A DNA stretch of 60,647 bases, filler included. It is 4 parts of 4 records of this genome, joined end to end, with 100 filler letters (N's around TTAATTAATTAA, not from the genome) between each part and the next. Parts side by side here need not be neighbours in the genome. Positions count along the whole stretch, not along the records: positions 1 to 26,839 come from SRR2962707_3339; positions 26,940 to 38,119 come from SRR2962707_3341; 2 more parts are not named here. The stretch is one strand, 5' to 3'. Below, piece by piece: positions 19,175 through 28,571 of the stretch. The position numbers and the translations under genes are program-made. The notes beneath the pieces are model-generated. The model was given only the letters and a program-made list of their open reading frames with translations, made no database searches and had not been told where the DNA came from. How positions within the stretch are numbered: position 1 is the first letter of the stretch; the number at the start of each line of letters is the position of its first letter.

Positions 19175-19213
19175 TAAATCTCCATAGGTTGGTAAAAACC
19201 TATGGGAGATTTA
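19175..19213 (-). other. intercistronic stem-loop between rhaEW and the isomerase
   Basis: TAAATCTCCATAGGTT / AACCTATGGGAGATTTA inverted repeat with one bulge. Confidence 0.55.
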
Positions 19214-19239
19214 CTTAAGCTAACTAACAACTATTACAT

Positions 19240-21336
19240 TTATCTAACAAATGCATTTGCCATTCCACCATCTACATTTATAATGTTTCCGGTAGATTTA
19301 TCCAAAATAGCAACGAATGAAAATACTCCGTTAGCAATATCTTCTGGATAAATTATTTCGTTTAATAAGTTTCTTTTTGCATAATGAGCAGGAAGTTCAT
19401 CTACAGAGATTCCATAGGCTTTAGCTCTTCCTTCCGCCCATTCTCCTTCCCAGATTTTGCTCCCTACAATAACACCATCTGGATTTACAGTATTTACTCG
19501 TATTTTAGCCTCTCCAAGTTCTGCTGCTAAAAGTCGAGTCATATGTTGTTGTGCGGCTTTGGCAGTTCCATAGCCAACATTATTAGGGCCAGCTACCAGT
19601 CCATTTTTACTTGCAATATTTACAATATCACCGCCGAGCCCTTGTTTTTTTAATATAGCTACTCCTTGTTGCGCCATTAAAAATTGACCTTTTACCAATA
19701 TATTTTGTAGTAAATCCCAATCTTTTAATTCGGTATCTTCAAGAGATTTAGAAATAGCCAAACCAGCAGAATGAACAATAATGTCAACCCCTCCAAAGGC
19801 AAGACATGCCTTACTAAAAGCTTCTTTTATAGAATCCTCCTTAGTAACATCGCAAAGGGCAATGGCTACTTGGTCTTTTTTGTATGTTTTTTCTGCGTCT
19901 TTTAAATAGTCTTCATTAATGTCTGTAAGTACAACATTAGCACCTTCAGCAACTAATTTATCAGCAATAGATTTACCAATACCACCACCAGCGCCAGTAA
20001 CAATAGCCACTTTTCTAGAAAGTGGTTGTTCAGCAGGCATCCGTTGTAGTTTTGCTTCTTCCAACAACCAATATTCAATATCAAAAGCCTCTTGTCTAGG
20101 TAAAGATGTATAGGCAGAAATGGCTTCTGCTCCTCTCATAACATTTATAGCATTTACGTAGAACTCACTTGCTACACGTGCTGTTTGTTTGTTTTTAGCA
20201 AAAGAGAACATTCCAACTCCTGGATATATAATTATAACAGGATTTGGGTCGCGCATTGCCGGACTATTATCATGCTTACACGCATTGTAATAATCGGCAT
20301 ATTCTTGTCGGTATTGCTCAAAAGCAGGCTGTAACTTTTTTAATATGGAATCGGTATTACTAACATCTTCCGCAGTATCCAAATTAAGTACAAGCGGTTG
20401 TATTTTAGTACGTAAGAAATGATCTGGACATGAAGTTCCCATAGGCGCTAAACGCTCTAAATCATTACTATTTATATATTCTAGAACTACATCACTATCT
20501 GTAAAATGGCCTATCATAGGTTTTTCAGAAGAACATAATCCTCTTAAAAGTGGCATTAATTCTGAAGCTTTTTCTTTTCTTTTTTCTGAAGGAAGACTTT
20601 TAATTTTTTCGCCTCCAAAAACACTTCCTTTTTCTTTTGTTTTCTGTTCTATATATGCAGAAGCTGTTTCAATAACTTCTAGGCTGTTCATATAACATTC
20701 ATAAGAAGTATCTCCCCAAGTAAAGAGTCCGTGACTACCTAAAACGATTCCTCGAATTCCAGGGTTTTCATTTAGACATTTTTCCAATTGGAGTCCTAAA
20801 TCAAATCCTGGTCGCTGCCAAGGAACCCATCCCATAGTGTCACCCCAAATTTCTTTGGTAATTTTCTCACTATCTTCAGCTGCCGCAACCGCAATTAAGG
20901 CATCTGGATGTAAATGATCTATATGTTTAAATGGTAATAACCCATGCAAAGGCGTGTCAATAGATGGAGCTCTGCTATCCAAATCGTAAATACAATGGTT
21001 AAAAAGCCCCACCATTCTATCTTCGTCATCTAGACCTTTATATACATTTTTTAAGTTTCTTAGGCGGTTGGTGTACAGTCCTGCAATACCAGAACGTGTG
21101 AGGGTTCCAATATCTCCACCAGAACCTTTTATCCACATTACTTCAACATCCTCATTAGTTAAAGGATCTTTTTCAATGGTTTTACAGCTGGTATTTCCTC
21201 CGCCGTAATTAGTAATCCTAAGGTCTGCACCTAATATATTAGAGCGGTACAAGAAAAGGTCAACTTCTTTTCCTTTTAATGCATTAGCTTTTTTATCATC
21301 CCAAAGATAGTTTACGTACTTAAAGGTTTTGTCCAT
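19240..21336 (-). CDS. rhaEW: bifunctional rhamnulose-1-phosphate aldolase / lactaldehyde dehydrogenase (class II aldolase + SDR)
   Basis: YGGGNTSCK, HIDHLHPD and CPDHFLRTK aldolase part; TGAGGGIG and YGTAK SDR motifs. Confidence 0.92.
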   Translation of the reverse strand: MDKTFKYVNYLWDDKKANALKGKEVDLFLYRSNILGADLRITNYGGGNTSCKTIEKDPLTNEDVEVMWIKGSGGDIGTLTRSGIAGLYTNRLRNLKNVYKGLDDEDRMVGLFNHCIYDLDSRAPSIDTPLHGLLPFKHIDHLHPDALIAVAAAEDSEKITKEIWGDTMGWVPWQRPGFDLGLQLEKCLNENPGIRGIVLGSHGLFTWGDTSYECYMNSLEVIETASAYIEQKTKEKGSVFGGEKIKSLPSEKRKEKASELMPLLRGLCSSEKPMIGHFTDSDVVLEYINSNDLERLAPMGTSCPDHFLRTKIQPLVLNLDTAEDVSNTDSILKKLQPAFEQYRQEYADYYNACKHDNSPAMRDPNPVIIIYPGVGMFSFAKNKQTARVASEFYVNAINVMRGAEAISAYTSLPRQEAFDIEYWLLEEAKLQRMPAEQPLSRKVAIVTGAGGGIGKSIADKLVAEGANVVLTDINEDYLKDAEKTYKKDQVAIALCDVTKEDSIKEAFSKACLAFGGVDIIVHSAGLAISKSLEDTELKDWDLLQNILVKGQFLMAQQGVAILKKQGLGGDIVNIASKNGLVAGPNNVGYGTAKAAQQHMTRLLAAELGEAKIRVNTVNPDGVIVGSKIWEGEWAEGRAKAYGISVDELPAHYAKRNLLNEIIYPEDIANGVFSFVAILDKSTGNIINVDGGMANAFVR

Positions 21337-21364
21337 TTTTAATTCTAAATTGATTTTGATAAAT

Positions 21365-21409
21365 CAAATGTAATTCTTAAATCATACCATTGTATCCTGT
21401 AGTGTACTG
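21365..21409 (-). promoter_or_regulatory. rha operon promoter: -7 box TACATTTG (21365-21372) and candidate operator CAGTACACTACAGGAT (21394-21409)
   Basis: Exact TAnnTTTG consensus 21 nt downstream of the shared motif. Confidence 0.65.
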
Positions 21410-21513
21410 CATAGGGCAAAAAAAGAGTTTCTGATAAAAACGATTATATTGATAAAAATTATTTAATTTTACGCAATTAATCCTTTAAATAACCGCCGAA
21501 ATCACAATAAATT

Positions 21514-22575
21514 ATGAGTTCCTCCGTGGCACAACCTATTATAAATATAACCATTAACGAAACCTCTAGGGTTCCTAAATACAAACAGATTGTTGATTCT
21601 ATAATTAACGATATTAGTAAAGGAAGACTCCAAGTGGGACAGAAAATTCCTTCAATAAATGAATTGAGTGAAGCTTGTTACTTATCTAGAGATACGGTAG
21701 AAAAAGCATATAAGCAATTAAAGGAAAGAAAAGTAATTGTATCTGTAAAAGGGAAGGGGTATTATACTGCTAAAACCGATCTTATATCCAAAGCAAATAT
21801 CTTTTTCATGATTAATAAGCCTAGTTCTTATAAAATGATGATCTACAATTCTTTTGTAAATGCTATCGGGGTAAATGCACATGTAAACTTATTTATTTAC
21901 CATTGTGAGGAGTCATTATTTGTTAAAACACTAGAAAAACATATGGGCGCTTATGATTATTATGTAATCATGCCTCATTTTAAGTTAGAAGATTTAAGTC
22001 ATGTTAGCTATACCGAAATGGTATTGGATACCATCAATCAAATCCCAAAAGACAAGCTTATTATAATGGATAATGCTAAACCATTTATTCAAGGAGATTA
22101 TGGGTCTGTTTTTCAAGATTTTCAAGAAGATATATACAATGCTCTTAAAGAAGGATTGGATAGGTTAAAAAAATATGATAAAATATTATTAGTATATCCT
22201 ACAAAATCTGTTCATCCATATCCAAAACGAATTCTTCATGGTTTTAGACAATTTTGTGTAGAATACAATTTTGATTTTGAGATTTTAGATGAAATCTATG
22301 ATGATATGGAGCTTCAGAGTAAAGATATTTATATTACAATTGAAGAAATGGATTTGGTAAATTTAGTAAGACAAATCCGTAAGAAAGGACTTGTTTTGGG
22401 GTCAGATATTGGAATTATTTCATATAATGAAACTCCACTAAAAGAATTATTAGGAATAACTGTTATTAGTACAGATTTTAAGGCAATGGGAGAAACTGCT
22501 GCCTATATGGTTCTAAAAAATAAAAAGGAAAAGGTGAAGAATGTGTTTAAATACATTGAAAGAAATTCCTTATAA
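21514..22575 (+). CDS. GntR-family regulator with periplasmic-binding-protein-like effector domain
   Basis: PKYKQIVDSI...IPSINELS...SRDTVEKAYKQL...GKGYY wHTH; IGIISYNETP C-terminus; divergent from rha operon. Confidence 0.9.
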   Translation: MSSSVAQPIINITINETSRVPKYKQIVDSIINDISKGRLQVGQKIPSINELSEACYLSRDTVEKAYKQLKERKVIVSVKGKGYYTAKTDLISKANIFFMINKPSSYKMMIYNSFVNAIGVNAHVNLFIYHCEESLFVKTLEKHMGAYDYYVIMPHFKLEDLSHVSYTEMVLDTINQIPKDKLIIMDNAKPFIQGDYGSVFQDFQEDIYNALKEGLDRLKKYDKILLVYPTKSVHPYPKRILHGFRQFCVEYNFDFEILDEIYDDMELQSKDIYITIEEMDLVNLVRQIRKKGLVLGSDIGIISYNETPLKELLGITVISTDFKAMGETAAYMVLKNKKEKVKNVFKYIERNSL

Positions 22576-22585
22576 TAGTAGCGGT

Positions 22586-22630
22586 CATCATAGTACAGGA
22601 TGGAGGTTATATGAAGCCTTGATATATTTA
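22586..22630 (+). promoter_or_regulatory. candidate operator CATCATAGTACAGGAT (22586-22601) plus -7-like TATATTTA (22623-22630)
   Basis: Shared motif with the same 21-nt spacing. Confidence 0.6.
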
Positions 22631-22651
22631 GGCAAAATATAACTCCAACCA

Positions 22652-23950
22652 ATGCACATAAAACAAATAAGATTTTTCCTTATAATCTTAATTATTTCAA
22701 ATTCTACATTTGGCCAAAACGCTAGTATTAAAGAACTACACTATTATTTTGGTACAAAAGAGTCAAATAACGCTGTACCTGTTTCTCATGCTAAGGTTTT
22801 TAAAGAAAACTACGGATTTGATTTCCTGACTTCTTCTTTTGTTAAAATGAAAAAGCATTATATGCTCGCTACAGAAACGGTTTATTTCTCAATAGCAATC
22901 CCAGATGGAAATTACAAAGTAACTATTAAATTAGGAAGTGAAACCGCCTCAACAATAAATACCATAAAAGCAGAATCAAGGAGAGCTATGGTTTGTGAGG
23001 AACAAACAAATGTAGGGGAGGTTATAAGTAAAACCTTTGCTATAGATGTTAAAAATGCTAAAATAAATAATACGGAAACTGTTAATTTGAAAGACAGGGA
23101 AAGATTAGCTTTAAATTGGGATGAAAAGTTAACTCTTGAATTTGCAAAAGGAACAGCTGTTAGAGAATTAATAATTACCAAAATAGATGCTATTAAGACA
23201 CTTTTTTTGGCAGGAGATTCTACGGTAACCGATCAAGATTTATCGCCTTGGGCTTCATGGGGGCAGTTTATTACACAGTATTTTAATGATGAAATTGTGG
23301 TAGCCAATTATGCGTCTTCTGGAGCTTCATTGGCTTCTTTTAAAGGAAGAAAAAGATGGGCAAAAGTTTTATCACTTATCAAAAAAGGAGATTATGTAAT
23401 GATTGAATTTGGGCATAATGATGAAAAAAGAAAAGGAGAGGGAATAGGTCCGTGGCAATCGTATTCAGATTTGCTAAAAGAATATGTGAAAAGTGCAAGA
23501 GAAAAAGGTGCAATTCCAATTTTGATAACCCCAACTCAACGCCGTTGGTTTGACAAAAATGGTAAGCTAAATGACACACATGGAGACTATCCTGCTGCTA
23601 TGAGAAAAGTAGCAAAAGACCTAAATGTAGCATTGATAGATCTAACAAAAATAACTACTGTGCTCTATGAAAGTTGGGGGGATGAAATCTCTAGAAATGC
23701 ATTTGTACAATATCCAGCTCAAACTTTTCCAGGACAAAATAAAGCGCTTGAAGACAATACTCATTTCAATGATTTTGGTGCGAATGAGATTGCTTTATGT
23801 GTTGTTGATGGGATAGGAAAAAACACTACTGGATTAGAGAAATATTTGAAGAAAATAAGTAATTACACTCCAAATAAACCAAATAATATAAAAAACTGGA
23901 CTTTCCCAATGAGTCCGAGATTTGAAGCTATCAAACCAGATGGAAACTAA
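22652..23950 (+). CDS. rhamnogalacturonan acetylesterase, CE12 (SGNH)
   Basis: AGDST, EFGHND and DNTH SGNH blocks; signal peptide. Confidence 0.9.
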   Translation: MHIKQIRFFLIILIISNSTFGQNASIKELHYYFGTKESNNAVPVSHAKVFKENYGFDFLTSSFVKMKKHYMLATETVYFSIAIPDGNYKVTIKLGSETASTINTIKAESRRAMVCEEQTNVGEVISKTFAIDVKNAKINNTETVNLKDRERLALNWDEKLTLEFAKGTAVRELIITKIDAIKTLFLAGDSTVTDQDLSPWASWGQFITQYFNDEIVVANYASSGASLASFKGRKRWAKVLSLIKKGDYVMIEFGHNDEKRKGEGIGPWQSYSDLLKEYVKSAREKGAIPILITPTQRRWFDKNGKLNDTHGDYPAAMRKVAKDLNVALIDLTKITTVLYESWGDEISRNAFVQYPAQTFPGQNKALEDNTHFNDFGANEIALCVVDGIGKNTTGLEKYLKKISNYTPNKPNNIKNWTFPMSPRFEAIKPDGN

Positions 23951-23963
23951 CAAACCAACAAGA

Positions 23964-26804
23964 ATGAAAAGTGTTATAGTAAGATTATTAGTAGTGGTTT
24001 GCATATTGTCTATACAGATAATATGGGGACAAGAAACGGCTAAAATATATCTGTCAGGAAAAGATTTTAAGCATCCAGTAAAATGGGAGTTTATGTGTAC
24101 TGATGGAGCAAATAGTAATAAATGGACTACCATAAATGTACCTTCTCAGTGGGAATTGGAAGGCTTCGGAACGTATACCTACGGAAGATGGTATAAAGAA
24201 TTAGATCAAGAAGAGCCTAGTAAAGAGGAGGGGTTTTATAAGTATGAATTTGAAGTCCCTAATCGGTATGAAAATCAACAAGTGAATATCTTTTTTGGTG
24301 GCGCTATGACCGATACTGAGGTTAAAGTAAACGGACAAATAGCTGGGGCAATTCATCAAGGAGGTTTTTATGAGTTTAGTTATGATATTTCAGATTTGTT
24401 AAAAACAGAAGGGAAAAACCTTTTAGAGGTTCATGTAAAAAAGCATTCCGAAAACGCCTCTGTAAACAATGCAGAACGAAAAGCAGACTGGTGGCTATTC
24501 GGGGGGATATACAGACCTGTTTGGCTTGAAATTAAACCGAAATCGAATATCGAGCATATTGCAATAGATGCAAAAATGAATGGGAATATGACTCTTGATT
24601 TCAAAGGAACTAATATTCCTAAAAATGCCTTTGTTGAGGCTTCAATAAGCCTTGTAGGTGGAACCAATACTACTTCGTCATCACAAAAAATAGCTATAAA
24701 TGCAGCTAATGCTTTATTAGAATTTCATTGGAATGAAATACAAATTTGGTCGCCAGAAACTCCCAATTTATACAGTTTAAAACTTCAATTAAAACAAGGG
24801 AATAAAGTCCTGCACGAAGTAAACCAGCGTTTTGGTTTTAGAACCATAGATTTCAGAAAAAAGGATGGGATTTATGTGAATGGAAAAAAAATAATAATGA
24901 AGGGAATTAATCGGCATACCATTTGGCCCGAATCTGGAAGAAGCACAGATAAAGAAATTAGCATTATGGATGTTAATTTGTTAAAAGATATGAATATGAA
25001 TGCAGTTCGGGGACATTATCCTCCAGATGATCATTTTCTAGAGGTATGCGATTCTTTAGGATTGTTTGTCTTGGACGAACTAGCTGGTTGGCAAAATCCA
25101 TATGATATAGAAACTGGAACAAAACTAATAGAAGAAACGGTTTCTAGAGATGTAAACCATCCTTCGGTTATTATCTGGGATCAAGGCAATGAAGGAGGAT
25201 GGAGAGATGAGTTGGATTCAGTCTTTTATAAGCACGATCCGCAAAAGCGAATAGTTATTCATCCGTGGGCGGATTATAATGGTTGGGATACGCATCATTA
25301 TCCTACATATTTAACAGGAGTGCATAGATTTGTAAGTGGAGAAAATGTGTTTTTTCCTACTGAATTTATGCATGGAACGTATGATAATGGTCACGGATCT
25401 GGACTAGAAGATTTCTGGAACCGATTTAAGGAGAGTCCGCTTTTTGCTGGTGGATTTATGTGGGCATTTTCAGACGAAGCTGTATTAAGAACAGATTGGA
25501 AAGGAGATAGAAAATACGATTCAAAGGGTTCTTTGGCTCCCGATGGAATTTTAGGGCCTCATAGAGAAAAAGAAGGAAGTTTCTACACCGTAAAAGATGT
25601 TTGGAGTCCTATTCAGTTTGATCCGCTACGGATTACACCTTCTTTTGATGGTGAGTTTTTTATATCCAACGAATATATTTATACAAATTTAAATAGCTGT
25701 ACTTTAAGTTATGAGGTATTTTCTATAGATAAAGATGCTCTTTATTCAACTAAAAAAGCAACCTCCATAACTAATGGAAAAATTGAATTACCTTCTATAA
25801 AGCCAGGAGAGAAAAGAGGCGTAAGTATGGATGTAACTTCGACTTTTTTTAAAGGAGATTGGTTGGAGGTTAAAGCCCACGATCAGCATGGGAGACTTAT
25901 AAATACATGGACATGGCCTATTCATCAGCCAACATATTATACTCAAAAATTAATAAAAGTTGGAAGTGAAAAAAAGGCAGAAGTAGAAGAATTAAACAGT
26001 TCTGTGGTCTTAAAATCCAAAAATATCCGTGTTGAAATAGGAAAAGAAGATGGAATTATAAAAAGTATTTACCGCGGAAAAAAATTAGTTCCATTTAATA
26101 AAGGTCCTTACCCTATTGGAATGAAAGCAGAAGTAAAGCAGGTGGATACTAAAATGGAAGCCAATAACGCGGTTTGTATAGTACATTATACTGGAGGAAT
26201 AGATCATATAAAGTGGATATTATTTCCTGACGGAAGGTTAAAAATGCAAATGCTAGCATTAAAAAATTCAGGGAGAAGTAGTGGCTTTGATGGTGCTTTT
26301 TACGAAGGCGATATTGATAAGTTTGGCATTACATTTTCGTACCCAGAAGATCAAGTAGAAGGGATGAAATGGTTTGGAAGAGGACCATACAGAGTTTGGA
26401 AAAATAGAATTAAAGGAACCAATTACGGTTTATGGGAAAAAGAGTATAATAATACAATTACTGGAGAGAGTTTTGAAAATTTAATTTATCCAGAATTTAA
26501 AGGGTATCATGCCAATTTAGTAGCAACAACGATAGCTGCAAAAGATGATACTTTTAGGGTATTTAGCGAATCTGAAAATGTATTTTTAAGATTATTCACT
26601 CCAGATGAGCCTAAATATGCCTTGAAGGGTGCCGATGCGTACCCAGATTTTCCTTCAGGAGATATTTCCTTTATGTATGAAATTCCAGCAATGAAATCTT
26701 TTAAACCAGTTTCTCAGCATGGTCCCCATAGTCAGCCTTCTAATATTCGTATAAAAAGTGGGGACGATGGAATTTCTATGAACTTATGGTTTGATTTTAG
26801 ATAA
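23964..26804 (+). CDS. GH2 beta-galactosidase-like glycoside hydrolase
   Basis: GGIYRPV, KGINRH, NAVRGHYP, NHPSVIIWDQGNE and TEFMHG motifs; ATG 23964 gives a clean signal peptide (ORF track starts 23922). Confidence 0.9.
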   Translation: MKSVIVRLLVVVCILSIQIIWGQETAKIYLSGKDFKHPVKWEFMCTDGANSNKWTTINVPSQWELEGFGTYTYGRWYKELDQEEPSKEEGFYKYEFEVPNRYENQQVNIFFGGAMTDTEVKVNGQIAGAIHQGGFYEFSYDISDLLKTEGKNLLEVHVKKHSENASVNNAERKADWWLFGGIYRPVWLEIKPKSNIEHIAIDAKMNGNMTLDFKGTNIPKNAFVEASISLVGGTNTTSSSQKIAINAANALLEFHWNEIQIWSPETPNLYSLKLQLKQGNKVLHEVNQRFGFRTIDFRKKDGIYVNGKKIIMKGINRHTIWPESGRSTDKEISIMDVNLLKDMNMNAVRGHYPPDDHFLEVCDSLGLFVLDELAGWQNPYDIETGTKLIEETVSRDVNHPSVIIWDQGNEGGWRDELDSVFYKHDPQKRIVIHPWADYNGWDTHHYPTYLTGVHRFVSGENVFFPTEFMHGTYDNGHGSGLEDFWNRFKESPLFAGGFMWAFSDEAVLRTDWKGDRKYDSKGSLAPDGILGPHREKEGSFYTVKDVWSPIQFDPLRITPSFDGEFFISNEYIYTNLNSCTLSYEVFSIDKDALYSTKKATSITNGKIELPSIKPGEKRGVSMDVTSTFFKGDWLEVKAHDQHGRLINTWTWPIHQPTYYTQKLIKVGSEKKAEVEELNSSVVLKSKNIRVEIGKEDGIIKSIYRGKKLVPFNKGPYPIGMKAEVKQVDTKMEANNAVCIVHYTGGIDHIKWILFPDGRLKMQMLALKNSGRSSGFDGAFYEGDIDKFGITFSYPEDQVEGMKWFGRGPYRVWKNRIKGTNYGLWEKEYNNTITGESFENLIYPEFKGYHANLVATTIAAKDDTFRVFSESENVFLRLFTPDEPKYALKGADAYPDFPSGDISFMYEIPAMKSFKPVSQHGPHSQPSNIRIKSGDDGISMNLWFDFR

Positions 26805-26839
26805 ATAAAATAATTAATGTCCGAGTAAAAATACAAGAC

Positions 26840-26939
26840 NNNNNNNNNNNNNNNNNNNNNNNNNNNNNNNNNNNNNNNNNNNNTTAATTAATTAANNNNN
26901 NNNNNNNNNNNNNNNNNNNNNNNNNNNNNNNNNNNNNNN
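26840..26939. other. artificial contig linker
   Basis: N-run + TTAATTAATTAA (stops in all frames) + N-run, 100 nt. Confidence 0.97.
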
Positions 26940-26968
26940 TACATGGGTCAGTTTGGCAAGAATTTCCA
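26940..26968 (-). mobile_element. possible IS end (IS21-like TG terminus) interrupting the ATPase gene
   Basis: Minus strand reads TGGAAATTCTTGCCAAACTGACCCATG directly after the Walker B codons FDDL; contig ends here. Confidence 0.4.
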
Positions 26969-27404
26969 CTAGATCATCAAAACAATAAAATCGGTGATCT
27001 CCATATTGTTCAATTATTCGGTACCCGATATTGTTAAATCCAAAAACGATATTTCGAGAAGGAATAAGCTCATACGGCTTTTGATGGGGTACTAAATAAC
27101 GCATCAGTTTCATCAAACTGGTTTTTCCACACCCTACAGGCCCGGATAGTAAAAGCCCTTTCCCGAGATCAATTCCTAATTTCTTACAAGAAGCTTCATC
27201 TTTGATGTAATACACAAAAAGCTTGTACAAAATACTGTGATCTTCTTTGTAAATCTGAAACTTCTTTCCAAATAAAAGTTTTCCTTTGGCATCAAGGTAT
27301 ATCAGCATTTTTTTAAAATCATACAAAACAAGTCCCCCACGAAATTCACCCAGATGAAATTCAACACCTCCCTCCTTTATGATATGTGGTTGATATTTTC
27401 TCAC
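26969..27404 (-). CDS. P-loop ATPase of Bacteroidota integrative elements (5' part only)
   Basis: GLLLSGPVGCGKT Walker A and CFDDL Walker B; truncated at contig edge. Confidence 0.8.
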
Positions 27405-27943
27405 AATGGCTCATTGTAATTTTTATCCGTACTAATCTTTAGGTGATCCAAAAATTGGCCAACAGGCTGCTTGGTTTTATTTGTTGGCAATTTTTTAAAT
27501 CTAGAATTTTCAATAAAATTATGTTTGCCCATGTTTTTATAGTTTTCTAAAGTTTGTATAGGTTTGTTAATAGATACCACGGCTGGTTCATTACCTGTCC
27601 CTGTATTGGTACGCCTAGGGTACATAACTTGTCTATCGGTTGTCCCAAAAATGGTCATGCAAATCATACTCCCTTTAAATGGATTATGAGAGGGGTTGTA
27701 TTGTAAATAGCCCCAATAATCTAGTTCTTTTATACACCGATGATAGGTAGTCTTGGATCCTATCTTTGAAAGTAGCATGACTTCCCCTCGTATTACATGA
27801 AAACTTCGCATAAAATGAGCGGCATTCCACAATTGGAATAAAGCCATATACAAACTAATATGTGTCGGGTTTAACCGATTATCTTCAGTGAACTTTTCAT
27901 AGGTAGCATTAAGCTGTTTAATGTAATTTACTCCTGCTGCCAT
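27401..27943 (-). CDS. winged-HTH / replication-initiator-like protein of ICE
   Basis: LNPTHISLYMALFQLWN...TYHRCIKELDYWGYLQY pattern; between excisionase-like gene and ATPase. Confidence 0.65.
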   Translation of the reverse strand: MAAGVNYIKQLNATYEKFTEDNRLNPTHISLYMALFQLWNAAHFMRSFHVIRGEVMLLSKIGSKTTYHRCIKELDYWGYLQYNPSHNPFKGSMICMTIFGTTDRQVMYPRRTNTGTGNEPAVVSINKPIQTLENYKNMGKHNFIENSRFKKLPTNKTKQPVGQFLDHLKISTDKNYNEPL

Positions 27944-27947
27944 ACGC

Positions 27948-28226
27948 TTAAAATCCGTTTCTTATTTTATTGTTTTCCAATACCTGCATAATTTCCTTGT
28001 AATCATAATACAACACCCCTCCTATTTTGGTATACGGCAGTGTCCCATTGATTCGTAAATTTTGTAGTGTCCCTGGTGAAATTCCCAACAGTTCGCGCAC
28101 TTCATTGGATTTGAGCCACTTTTTAGAAGGCGTTCCGTTTTGTTCCTGTAATACTTGTTTGATCGCATCCAACAGTTCCAATTTAAACTGATACAGATCT
28201 TCGGTAGTAATAATTGTTGCTCCCAT
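27948..28226 (-). CDS. excisionase-like helix-turn-helix protein (HTH_17)
   Basis: KWLKSNEVRELLGISPGTLQNLRINGTLPYTKIGG; ATG at 28226 preferred. Confidence 0.85.
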   Translation of the reverse strand: MGATIITTEDLYQFKLELLDAIKQVLQEQNGTPSKKWLKSNEVRELLGISPGTLQNLRINGTLPYTKIGGVLYYDYKEIMQVLENNKIRNGF

Positions 28227-28571
28227 AAAATTTGTGTTTGTTAAAAACAAAGCCGCCATTTGAAAACGTATTTATAAACCAATGACGACTTTGTCATGAT
28301 TTGACTTTCATGATACAAATTTGGATGGAGTCTATGAGAATCTTTCGGTATAGGTTCGTAGTTACGAATACATTTTAACACTTTTTATTTGGGGTACTTT
28401 TGGTTAATTTGACTTCCTTATTTACATTCATGTGCAAGAAATCCAATCCATTTTCATCTTTTTAATATGCTGAATAAGAAATCGTAGTGCCATCGTAGTT
28501 ACGTACCAATTTTCTATAAAACACCAATATAGTATCCCTAAAAAATACCATTTTCACTAAATTGACATACA

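Noticed and set aside
26818-26839. TGTCCGAGTAAAAATACAAGAC at the end of contig 1, possibly an IS or MITE terminus
   Set aside because: Only 22 nt visible with no partner repeat; cannot be supported
26884-26895. TTAATTAATTAA palindrome recurring three times in the window
   Set aside because: Always centred in a 100-nt N-run; an artificial six-frame-stop linker, not biology
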